IMG/VR virus record: IMGVR_UViG_3300030329_000759
Span: 1 to 52,968 of that record
DNA from: a virus
Lineage: Duplodnaviria > Caudoviricetes
Reading direction: 5' to 3' (one strand)
Length of the DNA stretch: 52,968 nt
The position numbers and the translations under genes were made by a program. The number at the start of each line of letters is the position of its first letter. Position 1 is the stretch's first letter. This document shows positions 1 to 9,698 of the stretch, one piece after another. The notes under the pieces were generated by a model, which saw only the letters and a program-made list of their open reading frames with translations, was not told the DNA's origin and did no database searches.

Positions 1-100
1 CTTTTGATAAATCTAATATTGTATTAAGAGGTGTAGTTACTGGTGCTCTTGGTGGGGTAAGTACTTTGCCTGGAATATTTTTTTCTAAGGAATTAAAAAA
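1..100. repeat. Terminal overlap with 52869-52968 (circular assembly junction)
   Basis: 1-100 equals 52869-52968 except position 99 (a versus g at 52967); the reading frame continues across the junction. Confidence 0.97.
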
Positions 101-2753
101 TGCAGAAAAAACAGTAAAAGAATTTGAGAAAAAAATAAATAAAGGTAAATCTGTTACAAATAAAGATCCTGCATTAAAAGAGTTAGAAAGACAGTTAAGT
201 AAAACAGATGAGCAAATAGCTAAAGTTTATAATGCAGACCCTAATGCTGGAAGACTTGTAATTGATAAATTATCTACAGAAAAAAACAAGTTACTTCAAT
301 CACAAGTACACAATAAATTATTTCCTGTAGCTGTTAGAATTGCAGGACATATAATAAAATCTGATCCTACAACTTATGTTCCTAAAATAGATAGATCAGG
401 AAAAGCAAAAATACTTGTAGGTGGTAAGCTAAAAAATATATCTACTGCTGTAAATGAAGTTATAGGAAATTTAGGAAAACTAGATGCTTTAACAATAGAA
501 CAAGCTGCTGTAAGAGCAGGTGTTGATCCTGATACTTACACAAAAAGTGTACAAAATAATTTGTTAGATGTTTTAAAAAAGTATGACATAACACCAGAAG
601 AATTTTCTAAAGCAATGAACACTTCAGTTTCTGATAGTGCAAAAATATTTCAGCCATATTCTTATGTGTCAAATTTAACTAGGGCTATGGCAGGTACAGA
701 TAAAAAAGCTAGAGAGTTTATGGAAACTGTTTATACTGAACAATTTAATGCTTCACCAGTTTCTACAATTTTTAATGCTTTTCATACTCTAGAAAGAACT
801 TCTAAAATTTGGGTAACTTCTGCATTGTCTACTACTAGTTTAAATGTTATGGGTGGTCTAGGTGCATTAACAATGAAAACAGCAGCTAATGTTTTTGAAT
901 CTATATTTCAAAGAGCAATTAGAGGAGTTGCTGTTTCTATGGGAGCAGATCCTACAGTTTTAAAAATACAAGAACCAAAATCTATAGGGGATATATTTGC
1001 TACATGGGGCAAACTTGCTAACTACGGAATGACATCTTTAGAAGCTGATGCAATATTAAAGTTTAACCCTACTATTAAAAATAGATTAATAAACACTCTT
1101 GCTATTGGTGAAGGAGAGGATAAACTAAATGCAGTAAATAGATTTTTAGCATCTTTAAATTTAGCTCAAGATGCTCTTTTTAGAAAGTCTGCTTTTGTAG
1201 CATCAGTAGAATCAGAATTAAAATATTTAGGAAAAGATTTATATAAAGATTATTTAAAAAATGATATTCCTATTCCAAAAGAGGTATTAGAAAAAGCAAC
1301 TGAAGATGCTATGAGAGCTACTTTTTCATTTCAATTTGGTGCAAATAAAAGTGCTAAAATAGATGACACAATAATTGAAGCTAGAGGTAATAATATTGCA
1401 AGGGGCTTTATTAATTTTTTTGAAAACACACCATTTGTTTCTTTAGCTATCGCCTTCCCTAGATTTATGGCCAATGCTATTAACTATCAATATAGATTTA
1501 GTCCTATAGGTGGAGCATCAGGTATGTATGACACCTTATCAGGGTTATTGGGAAAAAGATACTTTGGTGTTGGAGGAAAATTAACAGATGATCAAAGAGC
1601 AGCCTTAATAAAAAAAGGAACAGAGGCTACTGCTAGAGGTGCTGTAGGTAGTACTGCACTTTACATGGCATATCAATATAGGATGCAACCTGAAAACAGA
1701 AGCAGAGATTGGTGGGATCTAAAAATAGGAGATGCTACATTTGATGCTAGAGCTTTTTTTCCTGTAGCACCTTACTTTGCAATGGCAGAATTACTTATTC
1801 GTATGTTTGACTTGGCAAAAGATTCGGATGTAAAAACTTTAGATACTAGTGTAGAAGCAGTTTTAGAATCTGTAGCTGGTTTAAAAGCAAAAGATTTAGA
1901 TTTATTTCCAGATTCTTTATTAAGGGCTTTTCAAGACCTAAAAGATGGTACTTTTTTTGAAATGGGATTAACAAGATTTGCAGAAACATTTTTTAATTTT
2001 GGTGGTAGATTTTTACAACCTATAAAACCTATAAGAGAGTACCTTGATGGATTAAGTTATGAAGGTTTAATGGCTAGAGATCCTAAAGATATAGATGTAG
2101 ATATTTATACAGGAGAAAAAGATGGAAATGTTTTAATAGAATCTCTTAGCAATCAAGTTAAAAATAAATTACCTGATGTGGTTGATAATTATGGAAAAGA
2201 TAGTTTAGAAAAAGCAGTATCATACTTTAGACAAGGAGCACCATCAGGGGCAGGTAGATTTTATAGTAATTTTATGGGTATTAAAATGACTCCAGATCAA
2301 AATAAAATTGAAAAAGAAATTACAAGATTAGGTATAGTACCTTGGAGAATGGAGGTATATAAACCCATAGGTATAAAAGCATTTGATAATGTTGTGATCT
2401 CTAATGGATTATATTTTATGGAAAATGAAGTTCTTAATTTAATGAAAACAGAAACTTATAAAAAATCTACTGACAATACTAAAAAAAGATTATTAAAAAA
2501 AGAGATTAGTAAAGCTTTTACTAGTGCAAAAGATAGATTAAAAATAGATGGTGTAGATAAAAGAGATGGATCTGTAATATCAGAAGACTTAATAAAACTT
2601 AACAATTATATAGATTATAAACAACTAAGCAAAGCATTAAGAAAAGAAATAGAAGAAAAGTATCAACAAATGCATCCTGAAAATAAAGAATTAAGTGAAA
2701 CAAAAGAGTTTGGAAAAGCCTTAATGATAAAAGATAGTTTAATTAATCTTTAA
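1..2753 (+). CDS. C-terminal part of large internal virion/ejection protein (joins 51587-52868; ~1344 aa total)
   Basis: The ORF listed at 66 is in frame with upstream FDKSNIVLRGVVTGALGGVSTLPG, which continues from the ORF starting at 51587; last gene of the structural arm. Confidence 0.8.
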   Translation, partial: FDKSNIVLRGVVTGALGGVSTLPGIFFSKELKNAEKTVKEFEKKINKGKSVTNKDPALKELERQLSKTDEQIAKVYNADPNAGRLVIDKLSTEKNKLLQSQVHNKLFPVAVRIAGHIIKSDPTTYVPKIDRSGKAKILVGGKLKNISTAVNEVIGNLGKLDALTIEQAAVRAGVDPDTYTKSVQNNLLDVLKKYDITPEEFSKAMNTSVSDSAKIFQPYSYVSNLTRAMAGTDKKAREFMETVYTEQFNASPVSTIFNAFHTLERTSKIWVTSALSTTSLNVMGGLGALTMKTAANVFESIFQRAIRGVAVSMGADPTVLKIQEPKSIGDIFATWGKLANYGMTSLEADAILKFNPTIKNRLINTLAIGEGEDKLNAVNRFLASLNLAQDALFRKSAFVASVESELKYLGKDLYKDYLKNDIPIPKEVLEKATEDAMRATFSFQFGANKSAKIDDTIIEARGNNIARGFINFFENTPFVSLAIAFPRFMANAINYQYRFSPIGGASGMYDTLSGLLGKRYFGVGGKLTDDQRAALIKKGTEATARGAVGSTALYMAYQYRMQPENRSRDWWDLKIGDATFDARAFFPVAPYFAMAELLIRMFDLAKDSDVKTLDTSVEAVLESVAGLKAKDLDLFPDSLLRAFQDLKDGTFFEMGLTRFAETFFNFGGRFLQPIKPIREYLDGLSYEGLMARDPKDIDVDIYTGEKDGNVLIESLSNQVKNKLPDVVDNYGKDSLEKAVSYFRQGAPSGAGRFYSNFMGIKMTPDQNKIEKEITRLGIVPWRMEVYKPIGIKAFDNVVISNGLYFMENEVLNLMKTETYKKSTDNTKKRLLKKEISKAFTSAKDRLKIDGVDKRDGSVISEDLIKLNNYIDYKQLSKALRKEIEEKYQQMHPENKELSETKEFGKALMIKDSLINL

Positions 2754-2848
2754 CCTGTAGACATATAATAAACATACAGCCCTGCAAACATTGTAGGGTT
2801 TATAGCAGCAATATAAAATGCCATACACCAAAGTATAAATTTAATCAT
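2750..2848 (-). CDS. 32-aa hydrophobic peptide MIKFILWCMAFYIAAINPTMFAGLYVYYMSTG
   Basis: Translated by hand; TAATG coupling to the upstream ORF; fills the gap exactly; not in the ORF track. Confidence 0.55.
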   Translation of the reverse strand: MIKFILWCMAFYIAAINPTMFAGLYVYYMSTG

Positions 2849-3057
2849 TAGAAGTGTTTATTTAAAACGTCTAATCTATCTTCATATGTAGCAATACTAT
2901 CTAACTCCTTTTCTATAGTTTCCATAACATCAGGATGCTCTGCAACACCCTGTGCATTTTCCATTAATACAATTACATTTATTTTATGTTTAGCTATTTG
3001 TCCTTTAGCATGAAAAATTAAAGCTGTTCTTATTTTATCTTTTAAATTAGGCTGCAA
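2848..3057 (-). CDS. Hypothetical protein
   Basis: 69-aa ORF overlapping the nrdB end. Confidence 0.7.
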   Translation of the reverse strand: MQPNLKDKIRTALIFHAKGQIAKHKINVIVLMENAQGVAEHPDVMETIEKELDSIATYEDRLDVLNKHF

Positions 3058-4033
3058 TTTTTTGTTCCTTCTCCTTAGTATCTTTCCATCCCCAATCCCC
3101 TGTCATTCCAGAGGCATTATAATCAGTCACAACACCCTCGAAAAAGTTTTTAAGGGTATCACCCCCTACTATCCAATCTAACCATTCAAGAGGGTTTTCT
3201 TTAACTTTAAAGTTACCTTTTAAACCCAACTGAATTAGTCTTCTATCTGCTATGTATCTAATATAATGCTTGACTTGTTCAGCACTAAGCCCTTTAACTG
3301 CCCCCATCTCAAAGGCTGTATCTACTACAGCATCTTCTAATTTTACCCCATCCCTAAACATTTGATATATATCTTTCTTAAAATCATCTGTAACTATTCT
3401 AGGATGCTCCTTACAAAACTCTCTAAATAATTTAACCATACCCTCACAATGCATGGTTTCATCTCTAACAGACCACTCTACTATCTCACACATACCTTTC
3501 ATCTTGCCATATCTTTGATAGTTAAGAAGCATAGCAAAAGCTGAGAACAAAGACATACCCTCATTCATAACTGACCTAGCTATAGCCTTACCTAATCCTG
3601 ATATAGAATGCACATCTATATCGGACATAAAATCTATCTTGTCTTTCATCTGTTTATAATTTAAAAAAGCTGAATACTCTTCTTCAGGTAAACCTAAAGT
3701 ATCATTTAGTAGTGCATAACTTCTTTGATGTACAAACTCTCTGTTAGTAAAGCTAGTCAGCATGGCTCTAATCTCATTGTTTTTGAATTTCTGTATATAG
3801 TATTCAAGATAATTCGTACCCACAGCTACGTCACTTTGCGTAAACAATCTAAGTATTTGAGTGATATGATTTTTCTCTGCTTCGGTTAACTTACCTGACT
3901 GCCATTGTGACACATCATCTTGCAGTTTGGCTTCCCATTCACCCCAATGGGCTTTCTCAGACTGCACGGCAAACTCTACAGCCCAAGGATATTTAAAAGG
4001 TTTATACACAATTGAGGGATTTGTAAGACTCAT
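3047..4033 (-). CDS. nrdB: Ribonucleotide reductase class I beta subunit
   Basis: Diiron ligands FTQSD, EFVH with radical Tyr (HQRSY), NEG, RDETMH; C-terminal NFFE..V.DY; AAGGAG RBS. Confidence 0.96.
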   Translation of the reverse strand: MSLTNPSIVYKPFKYPWAVEFAVQSEKAHWGEWEAKLQDDVSQWQSGKLTEAEKNHITQILRLFTQSDVAVGTNYLEYYIQKFKNNEIRAMLTSFTNREFVHQRSYALLNDTLGLPEEEYSAFLNYKQMKDKIDFMSDIDVHSISGLGKAIARSVMNEGMSLFSAFAMLLNYQRYGKMKGMCEIVEWSVRDETMHCEGMVKLFREFCKEHPRIVTDDFKKDIYQMFRDGVKLEDAVVDTAFEMGAVKGLSAEQVKHYIRYIADRRLIQLGLKGNFKVKENPLEWLDWIVGGDTLKNFFEGVVTDYNASGMTGDWGWKDTKEKEQKIAA

Positions 4034-4047
4034 ACGTTACTCCTTGG

Positions 4048-4071
4048 AAAAATAAAGGCTCGAATGAGCCT
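4048..4071 (-). terminator. Terminator-like hairpin just upstream of the nrdB RBS
   Basis: AGGCTC/GAGCCT stem with 4-nt loop followed on the minus strand by TTATTTTT. Confidence 0.45.
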
Positions 4072-4121
4072 ATTGATTTTACTAGTTTTATACAAAATTA
4101 AGACTAAAGCAATAAGTATAT

Positions 4122-4379
4122 TTATGTATTTGTATAAATCTCCTCATCTTTTGTAATGTTATTTATGGTTACTTTTTTACTAGATTCTGTCATGTCTTTA
4201 TAATTAAATGTATCACCTAAATTAATTTCATTTAAAATAATTACAATAGATTGCTTTAATTTATATAATTTTTTAGTTCGATTAGAACCCACATATTGTT
4301 TTTCTACCTCATCTAATAATTCTTTTAGTGCTTCTTTAATAAAAAAATTTCTTAAATCCTCATCAATTTCTATTTTCAT
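4122..4379 (-). CDS. Hypothetical protein
   Basis: 85-aa ORF in the operon with RBS. Confidence 0.6.
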   Translation of the reverse strand: MKIEIDEDLRNFFIKEALKELLDEVEKQYVGSNRTKKLYKLKQSIVIILNEINLGDTFNYKDMTESSKKVTINNITKDEEIYTNT

Positions 4380-4686
4380 TTTCTTCCTTTGTTTCTATAA
4401 AAGGGTATAAAGGGCTATTGTCTTTTTCTAATTCTTCTATATTAATTTTCTTTCTACTTTTTATCCAACACTTTGGTATATGCATTCTTGAATTAGTATC
4501 ATCACCTGCATAAGTAGATGCAACACAAACTGCTTTTTTATCTTCAGCTACAATGAAACCAACAGTAACTACATTAGCTAATTCTGCTGTCCTATCATCA
4601 CTCCAACCATCATCGGACTGTGCATCCATCCATCTAATAACCTCTATGTAATCAGTATTAATTTTTTTATTATCTTTTTTACTCAC
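4363..4686 (-). CDS. Conserved-looking phage hypothetical protein (W.DA...GW motif)
   Basis: 107-aa ORF with overlap coupling. Confidence 0.7.
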   Translation of the reverse strand: MSKKDNKKINTDYIEVIRWMDAQSDDGWSDDRTAELANVVTVGFIVAEDKKAVCVASTYAGDDTNSRMHIPKCWIKSRKKINIEELEKDNSPLYPFIETKEENENRN

Positions 4687-5140
4687 TAGGTATCTCCAAT
4701 GGTATTAAATTTTTAGCAGGTACTTGATAAAACTTTTCACCTTTATATACATACTTATTAGGCACTTCAACAATAGGAGTCTTAGCCAACGTTTCACCTT
4801 CGATAAGGTATCCATAAGTTTGATCGGAATTAAAAACGAAAAAACAGATCGGCAAACTGTATTTAGATTTGTCCAAAAACTTACCTTTCCGTTGGGGTAT
4901 TTGGAGTTTTTCATATTGAAACTTTCTTCCTTTCCAGGGTCTTTTAATTTCTACTTCACAATAAAATTTATTAGTGTTCCCATCTACTCCTAAAGATTTA
5001 GAAGTTACTATTAAGTCTGGCCCATATCTATCTTTATTATCTTCAACATAATAATCTTTAGAAGTCCAATATCTTTTACCTGCATCCCTTGCAAGTTTAT
5101 CAAATTTTAAAAATAATTCTCTGTCGAATTTTTTAAACAT
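4679..5140 (-). CDS. PD-(D/E)xK nuclease-like protein
   Basis: GPDLIV...CEVEIK motif; start reassigned to MFKKFD just after the nrdA stop. Confidence 0.55.
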   Translation of the reverse strand: MFKKFDRELFLKFDKLARDAGKRYWTSKDYYVEDNKDRYGPDLIVTSKSLGVDGNTNKFYCEVEIKRPWKGRKFQYEKLQIPQRKGKFLDKSKYSLPICFFVFNSDQTYGYLIEGETLAKTPIVEVPNKYVYKGEKFYQVPAKNLIPLEIPSE

Positions 5141-5144
5141 AAAC

Positions 5145-6896
5145 CTATCCTTGGCAAGATATACATTCGTCAGCATCTTTTAAAGCATCTCTAACAATTT
5201 GAGTGCCTACTTTATCAGCCTGATTAGTTGCACTTGTTCTTAGATAATACAAACCTTTTAAACCTGATCTCCAAGCTCTAAGATGCACACTATTTACATA
5301 TCCTTTATCACTACCTGATGGGAAAAATAAATTAACTGATTGACCTTGACATATAAAAGTTTGTCTATCTGCTGCATGTTCAATTACCCATTCTTGATTT
5401 AATTCAAATGCAGTTTTAAAAACAGACTTTTCATAATCAGTTAAAAAAACACAATGCTGAACCGATCCCTCGTTGCTAATAATAGATTTCCAAACTTCAT
5501 CTGTGTTCTTTTGATACTTCAATAAAACTTTTTCTAAGTATCTATTCTTAATTAAATGTGAACCCACTCTTGTTCTATGCACATAGGCATTAGATTTTAT
5601 AGGTTCTATGCTAGGAGTACAACCACATATGATAGAGCTATTAGCATTAGGTGCTACAGCTAGTAAGTGAGCATTGCGTTTTCCTGATCCAATCATGTCA
5701 GGTGCTTCACCTCTTTGTTCAGCTAATAATCTAGTTTCTTCGAGGGCTTGCATTTTAATATTTCTAAACATACGTTTGTTTATACCTTTTGTAGATACTC
5801 CCTCAAAAGAAATATTATTTTTTTGTAAGTAACCATGAAACCCCATTGCCCCAAGTCCTAATGATCGTTCAGCAATGGCACTTCTTTTAGCCTTAACTAA
5901 ATCATCAGGAGCATTGTCTATAAACTTTTGTAAAACATTATCCAAAAAACGAATCAAATCTTTTACCATGTTAGTGTCTTTCCAATCATCATAAAACTCT
6001 AAATTGACACTAGACAAACAACATACAGCAGTACGTTTTTCATTGGTAGCTAAATGTATTTCATTGCAAAGATTACTACCATGAATTTTAAGACCTAATT
6101 TTTTTTGCTCTTCAGGCAAATGTTTATTAGCTGTGTCTATAAAATTTATGTAGGGAGAACCTGTTCTAAATCGTGCCTCAAGTATACGTTGCCACAACTC
6201 TCTAGCTGACATGGTATCTCTAACAGCTTTTGTATCAGGGTCTTTAAACTGCCACACTTCATTGTTTTCTACAGCTTTAATAAAATCATCTGTTACGTTT
6301 ACTGCATTAAACAGATTAAAGCATTTACGATTAGAATCACCCCCAGTAGGCAGCTTAAAATTAATAAACTCGCACACACTGGGATGACTAACATCCATAT
6401 ATGCTGCATAAGAACCTTTCCTAGTTTTACCTTGTTTATAGGCAGTCATCTGACTGTCAACAACTTTAAGGAATGGGATAGGTCCGGGAGATTTATCACC
6501 GACTGCCCTCACATCAGACCAATGACCACCTACCCCACCACCTTTTACAGACAACCATGCTACTTCAGAATTGTGAGAGATTAAATCTTTTAATGTATCT
6601 CCTACATAAGTTAAAAAGCAACTAATAGGTAAAGATTTCCATTTACCATTAGGAACAGGAGCATTACTAAGTACAGGACTAGCAAACATAAACCACCTGT
6701 TCGACGCATAATTATATATTCTCTGTGCAAAATCAAGGTCATCATTACAATAAGCAAGAGAGGCTCTAGCAAAAGATTCTTGAGGAGATGTTTCTCCTGG
6801 AATCATATAATAGTCTTGCAACAGTTGTAATCCCTGATCTGTTAAATCTTTATCTTTATTTAAGTCTATAGTTATACCATTATAATTCACAACCAA
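5145..6896 (-). CDS. nrdA: Ribonucleotide reductase class I alpha subunit (short, no ATP cone)
   Basis: ISCF, GGGVG, SNLCNEI thiyl Cys, APNANSS, KGLYY, C-terminal CISCQG. Confidence 0.96.
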   Translation of the reverse strand: MVVNYNGITIDLNKDKDLTDQGLQLLQDYYMIPGETSPQESFARASLAYCNDDLDFAQRIYNYASNRWFMFASPVLSNAPVPNGKWKSLPISCFLTYVGDTLKDLISHNSEVAWLSVKGGGVGGHWSDVRAVGDKSPGPIPFLKVVDSQMTAYKQGKTRKGSYAAYMDVSHPSVCEFINFKLPTGGDSNRKCFNLFNAVNVTDDFIKAVENNEVWQFKDPDTKAVRDTMSARELWQRILEARFRTGSPYINFIDTANKHLPEEQKKLGLKIHGSNLCNEIHLATNEKRTAVCCLSSVNLEFYDDWKDTNMVKDLIRFLDNVLQKFIDNAPDDLVKAKRSAIAERSLGLGAMGFHGYLQKNNISFEGVSTKGINKRMFRNIKMQALEETRLLAEQRGEAPDMIGSGKRNAHLLAVAPNANSSIICGCTPSIEPIKSNAYVHRTRVGSHLIKNRYLEKVLLKYQKNTDEVWKSIISNEGSVQHCVFLTDYEKSVFKTAFELNQEWVIEHAADRQTFICQGQSVNLFFPSGSDKGYVNSVHLRAWRSGLKGLYYLRTSATNQADKVGTQIVRDALKDADECISCQG

Positions 6897-7150
6897 TTAT
6901 CTCCTTTTGTTTTTTTTAGTAAATCAATCATCTTATTTAAATACCATAGACATTTTTCAGCATTTTCTAGAGGACTTCCTTTATGCCACATCCTTAACAA
7001 GTATTTAATACAATTTCCTTGACAGTAAGATATTGATTCGTAATTACCAAGAGTGTCAACGATTACATCTATAGTTTCATATTTACCCTTGTTGTAATGA
7101 GGGGGATGATTAACTAAATCTACTTCTTTTTCTTGTTCTCTTAGTTTCAT
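6887..7150 (-). CDS. DUF3310-family protein
   Basis: VNHPPHY...ETID...GNCIKY..R...K...EK..WYL signature. Confidence 0.85.
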   Translation of the reverse strand: MKLREQEKEVDLVNHPPHYNKGKYETIDVIVDTLGNYESISYCQGNCIKYLLRMWHKGSPLENAEKCLWYLNKMIDLLKKTKGDNWL

Positions 7151-7485
7151 GCATTGCCTTTAGTCTTAGTCCAAGAAGATAAATGTACAACATTATTACC
7201 ATTGATAGGTTCGTATTCTTCAAACCCTTCCTCTTTTGCTATATCATCCATTTTTTCTGAAACTCTAGCAGCAAAATCTGTGTCTGTATTTAAAAGATGA
7301 AAACATGTAATCAAAGCATATACAACATCTCTTAACTGATCTGCTTCATCTTCATTCAATTTACTTGATGGCATGAATACAGCACTAACATCGACTGTGC
7401 TATCCCAATTATTTTTCTTAGTAAACTTAGGTCTAAATACTAAAGCTACATCATCATTTGTTAAATTTTTATCCATTTTGCTCAT
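7147..7485 (-). CDS. Hypothetical protein
   Basis: ORF in the replication operon; likely start MSKMDK. Confidence 0.7.
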   Translation of the reverse strand: MSKMDKNLTNDDVALVFRPKFTKKNNWDSTVDVSAVFMPSSKLNEDEADQLRDVVYALITCFHLLNTDTDFAARVSEKMDDIAKEEGFEEYEPINGNNVVHLSSWTKTKGNA

Positions 7486-7930
7486 TACATTTTTCTCCTG
7501 TGTACTTAATAAAATTACCATGTGTTCCTACTGATGCCTCATCAATCCATTCCTGCGGAATTAATTTTAAACTAAAAGTAAATCCATGCTTATCACACCA
7601 ATCTGCATAAGTGGTTCTACTTTTTTTATTTAATTTTCTTTTAGCCGATTCAAATACAAAACGTATATCTAAATTAGGATGTTGTCGTTTAATTAATAAA
7701 TGCTTACGTCTATCTTGTGCTGTGAATAAACCTTTCGTTTCTATTAGTATTCCATTAGGTAATAAAAAATCAGGTGTGTATTTTCTATAAGCTAAATCCT
7801 CCCACTCTATTTTTAAAGGTTCATACTTTGCATCTATACCTTTATCTTGTAAATCTTTTTGTACCTTAAACTCTAATCCACTTCTGTAACCTTTTATCCT
7901 AGAAGTTATATAAGATTTAGCATTAAACAT
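7469..7930 (-). CDS. T7 endonuclease I-like Holliday junction resolvase
   Basis: YRSGLE, YTPDFLLPNGILIETKG, DIRFVF, TTYADWC. Confidence 0.93.
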   Translation of the reverse strand: MFNAKSYITSRIKGYRSGLEFKVQKDLQDKGIDAKYEPLKIEWEDLAYRKYTPDFLLPNGILIETKGLFTAQDRRKHLLIKRQHPNLDIRFVFESAKRKLNKKSRTTYADWCDKHGFTFSLKLIPQEWIDEASVGTHGNFIKYTGEKCNEQNG

Positions 7931-8774
7931 TTTTAATCTCTGTATAACATATCATTGGTTTTTCTTCTGCTCTTGAAACTAAAGAAGGTCTTTCTTGTAG
8001 AGTAGGCCAACATGCATATCTATAGCTACACCAAGAACACTCTATACCTAGCTTTCTATTGCCAGATGGTCTTTTACGATAGGTTTCTTCAACATCTGAA
8101 TAACATCTGCGAAATCTATTTTGCTCTAGCTCTTCAGTTAAGGCTTCAGTTTTTTTGATACATTTATTTGTATCTATGTTGGAGGCATCAACATATTTAA
8201 AACTGCCATTGCCTTTATTGACAACCCACCAACCACCTGGCTTTGTCTTAGTTGCTTTAGCATACCCTGCTAACTGAGATACATATCCAAATGAATCGTG
8301 TTCAGCAAGGGTGTTATAATCTTTAAATTTATTTTCATAAGACCAAGGACTAGCTGATTTAATATCATCAACAGCATCATTGACTATAAGATCTGGTGTT
8401 CCGTCTATTGTCTTGCCATTGTCTAAACTCAGAGTTACTTTCTCTCCGTTTTTATAATCAACACCTGACTGTTTTAATATACCTTTAAATACTGCTTCCA
8501 CAATATCCCCCAACATCATGTTAATAACAAAGCTAGATGATGGGGGTATTGCAACTTCAGGTTTATTTTTGTCAAACCAAAGTTGACAATAACTCCTACC
8601 GATATTTGACATTCGTAATGTAAAATCTCTTTTGTTGTTGTCAACAAATTGTTTTGTCAAAGCAACACGAACATCATTAGTGATCTGATCAATCACCTCA
8701 GGTGACATAGTTGAATCACCTGCCTTCAGACCACTAAGATATTTGTGTATTTTTATTTCAGCAGGATGATTCAC
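7923..8774 (-). CDS. PD-(D/E)xK (Cas4-like) exonuclease
   Basis: RMSNIG..C, GTPDL...DDIKS, QLAGY, C-terminal CSWCSY...C. Confidence 0.8.
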   Translation of the reverse strand: MNHPAEIKIHKYLSGLKAGDSTMSPEVIDQITNDVRVALTKQFVDNNKRDFTLRMSNIGRSYCQLWFDKNKPEVAIPPSSSFVINMMLGDIVEAVFKGILKQSGVDYKNGEKVTLSLDNGKTIDGTPDLIVNDAVDDIKSASPWSYENKFKDYNTLAEHDSFGYVSQLAGYAKATKTKPGGWWVVNKGNGSFKYVDASNIDTNKCIKKTEALTEELEQNRFRRCYSDVEETYRKRPSGNRKLGIECSWCSYRYACWPTLQERPSLVSRAEEKPMICYTEIKNV

Positions 8775-9685
8775 TAAGCTGCTTTATCCTCTTCTACATC
8801 AACAAACTCTGTTACAACTTTATCGGATTCAGCATTACCTTTTTCTTTCAATGCCTTTGTGTGTTCATCACGAACATAATCATTATAATTTTTTATCCAA
8901 TCGTTAAAATTAACTAAAGTCTTTTCATCTTTTTCATTTAGTTTAATTTCTTTTGGATTTAATTTAACAGTTGGCAAATAATACTTAGCACCTGTTGGTA
9001 TAGTCCTCTCTTCAGTTTCTAAATCTATATCGTGTTGAGGAAGTATATGATTCTGTTTAGACATTTGTGTTATAGGAGAACCGAGTATTTTAAAAGCATC
9101 ACGATTATCAACTTCCCAAATAAAAGGTATTGCAGAAAAATCCTCTTTTGCTTTATCTATCTCATTCCCTGATTCATCTACAGGATTATGTAAAGTTACT
9201 TCACCAAACAAAACTCTTACACGTTTAATAGACTTCAATAAATCTTTTGTTTCTTGAGGTAAAGAATTGTAATCTTCTATCCAACCACTAGGCTTACCAC
9301 AATTAACACCACCTGTATTATCAATTAGATCTGATTTCAAATCATTAGCCATGATTGTTTTAACAAACATTCCTTTATCATCATCCAACTTGACATATTT
9401 TTTATGCATAAATTTTTGTTGAAACAACCTAATAGAGGCAGTAGTAGAAAATATTTTTCTATCGTCATGGGGTAGTTGCAACATGTATGATCCTGCATCT
9501 ACGACTTCTACACGTTTTACTTTACCTTTAACGTTTGTTTCTCCCATAATTCCTGCGTGAGAAATTTTTAATCTAGCAAGAGTAGAACCACTCTTCTTTT
9601 TTTCCATGTCTTGCCCCATGCCCATTGCTTCAGCAAGTTGATTAAAGTTATTTGCGTGATCTTTTAAATTTACTAAGTCTGACAT
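8774..9685 (-). CDS. Replication-associated protein, possible ssDNA-binding protein
   Basis: 303-aa ORF between polymerase and exonuclease with an acidic C-terminus; function inferred from position. Confidence 0.5.
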   Translation of the reverse strand: MSDLVNLKDHANNFNQLAEAMGMGQDMEKKKSGSTLARLKISHAGIMGETNVKGKVKRVEVVDAGSYMLQLPHDDRKIFSTTASIRLFQQKFMHKKYVKLDDDKGMFVKTIMANDLKSDLIDNTGGVNCGKPSGWIEDYNSLPQETKDLLKSIKRVRVLFGEVTLHNPVDESGNEIDKAKEDFSAIPFIWEVDNRDAFKILGSPITQMSKQNHILPQHDIDLETEERTIPTGAKYYLPTVKLNPKEIKLNEKDEKTLVNFNDWIKNYNDYVRDEHTKALKEKGNAESDKVVTEFVDVEEDKAA

Positions 9686-9698
9686 AATATTTTTTCCT

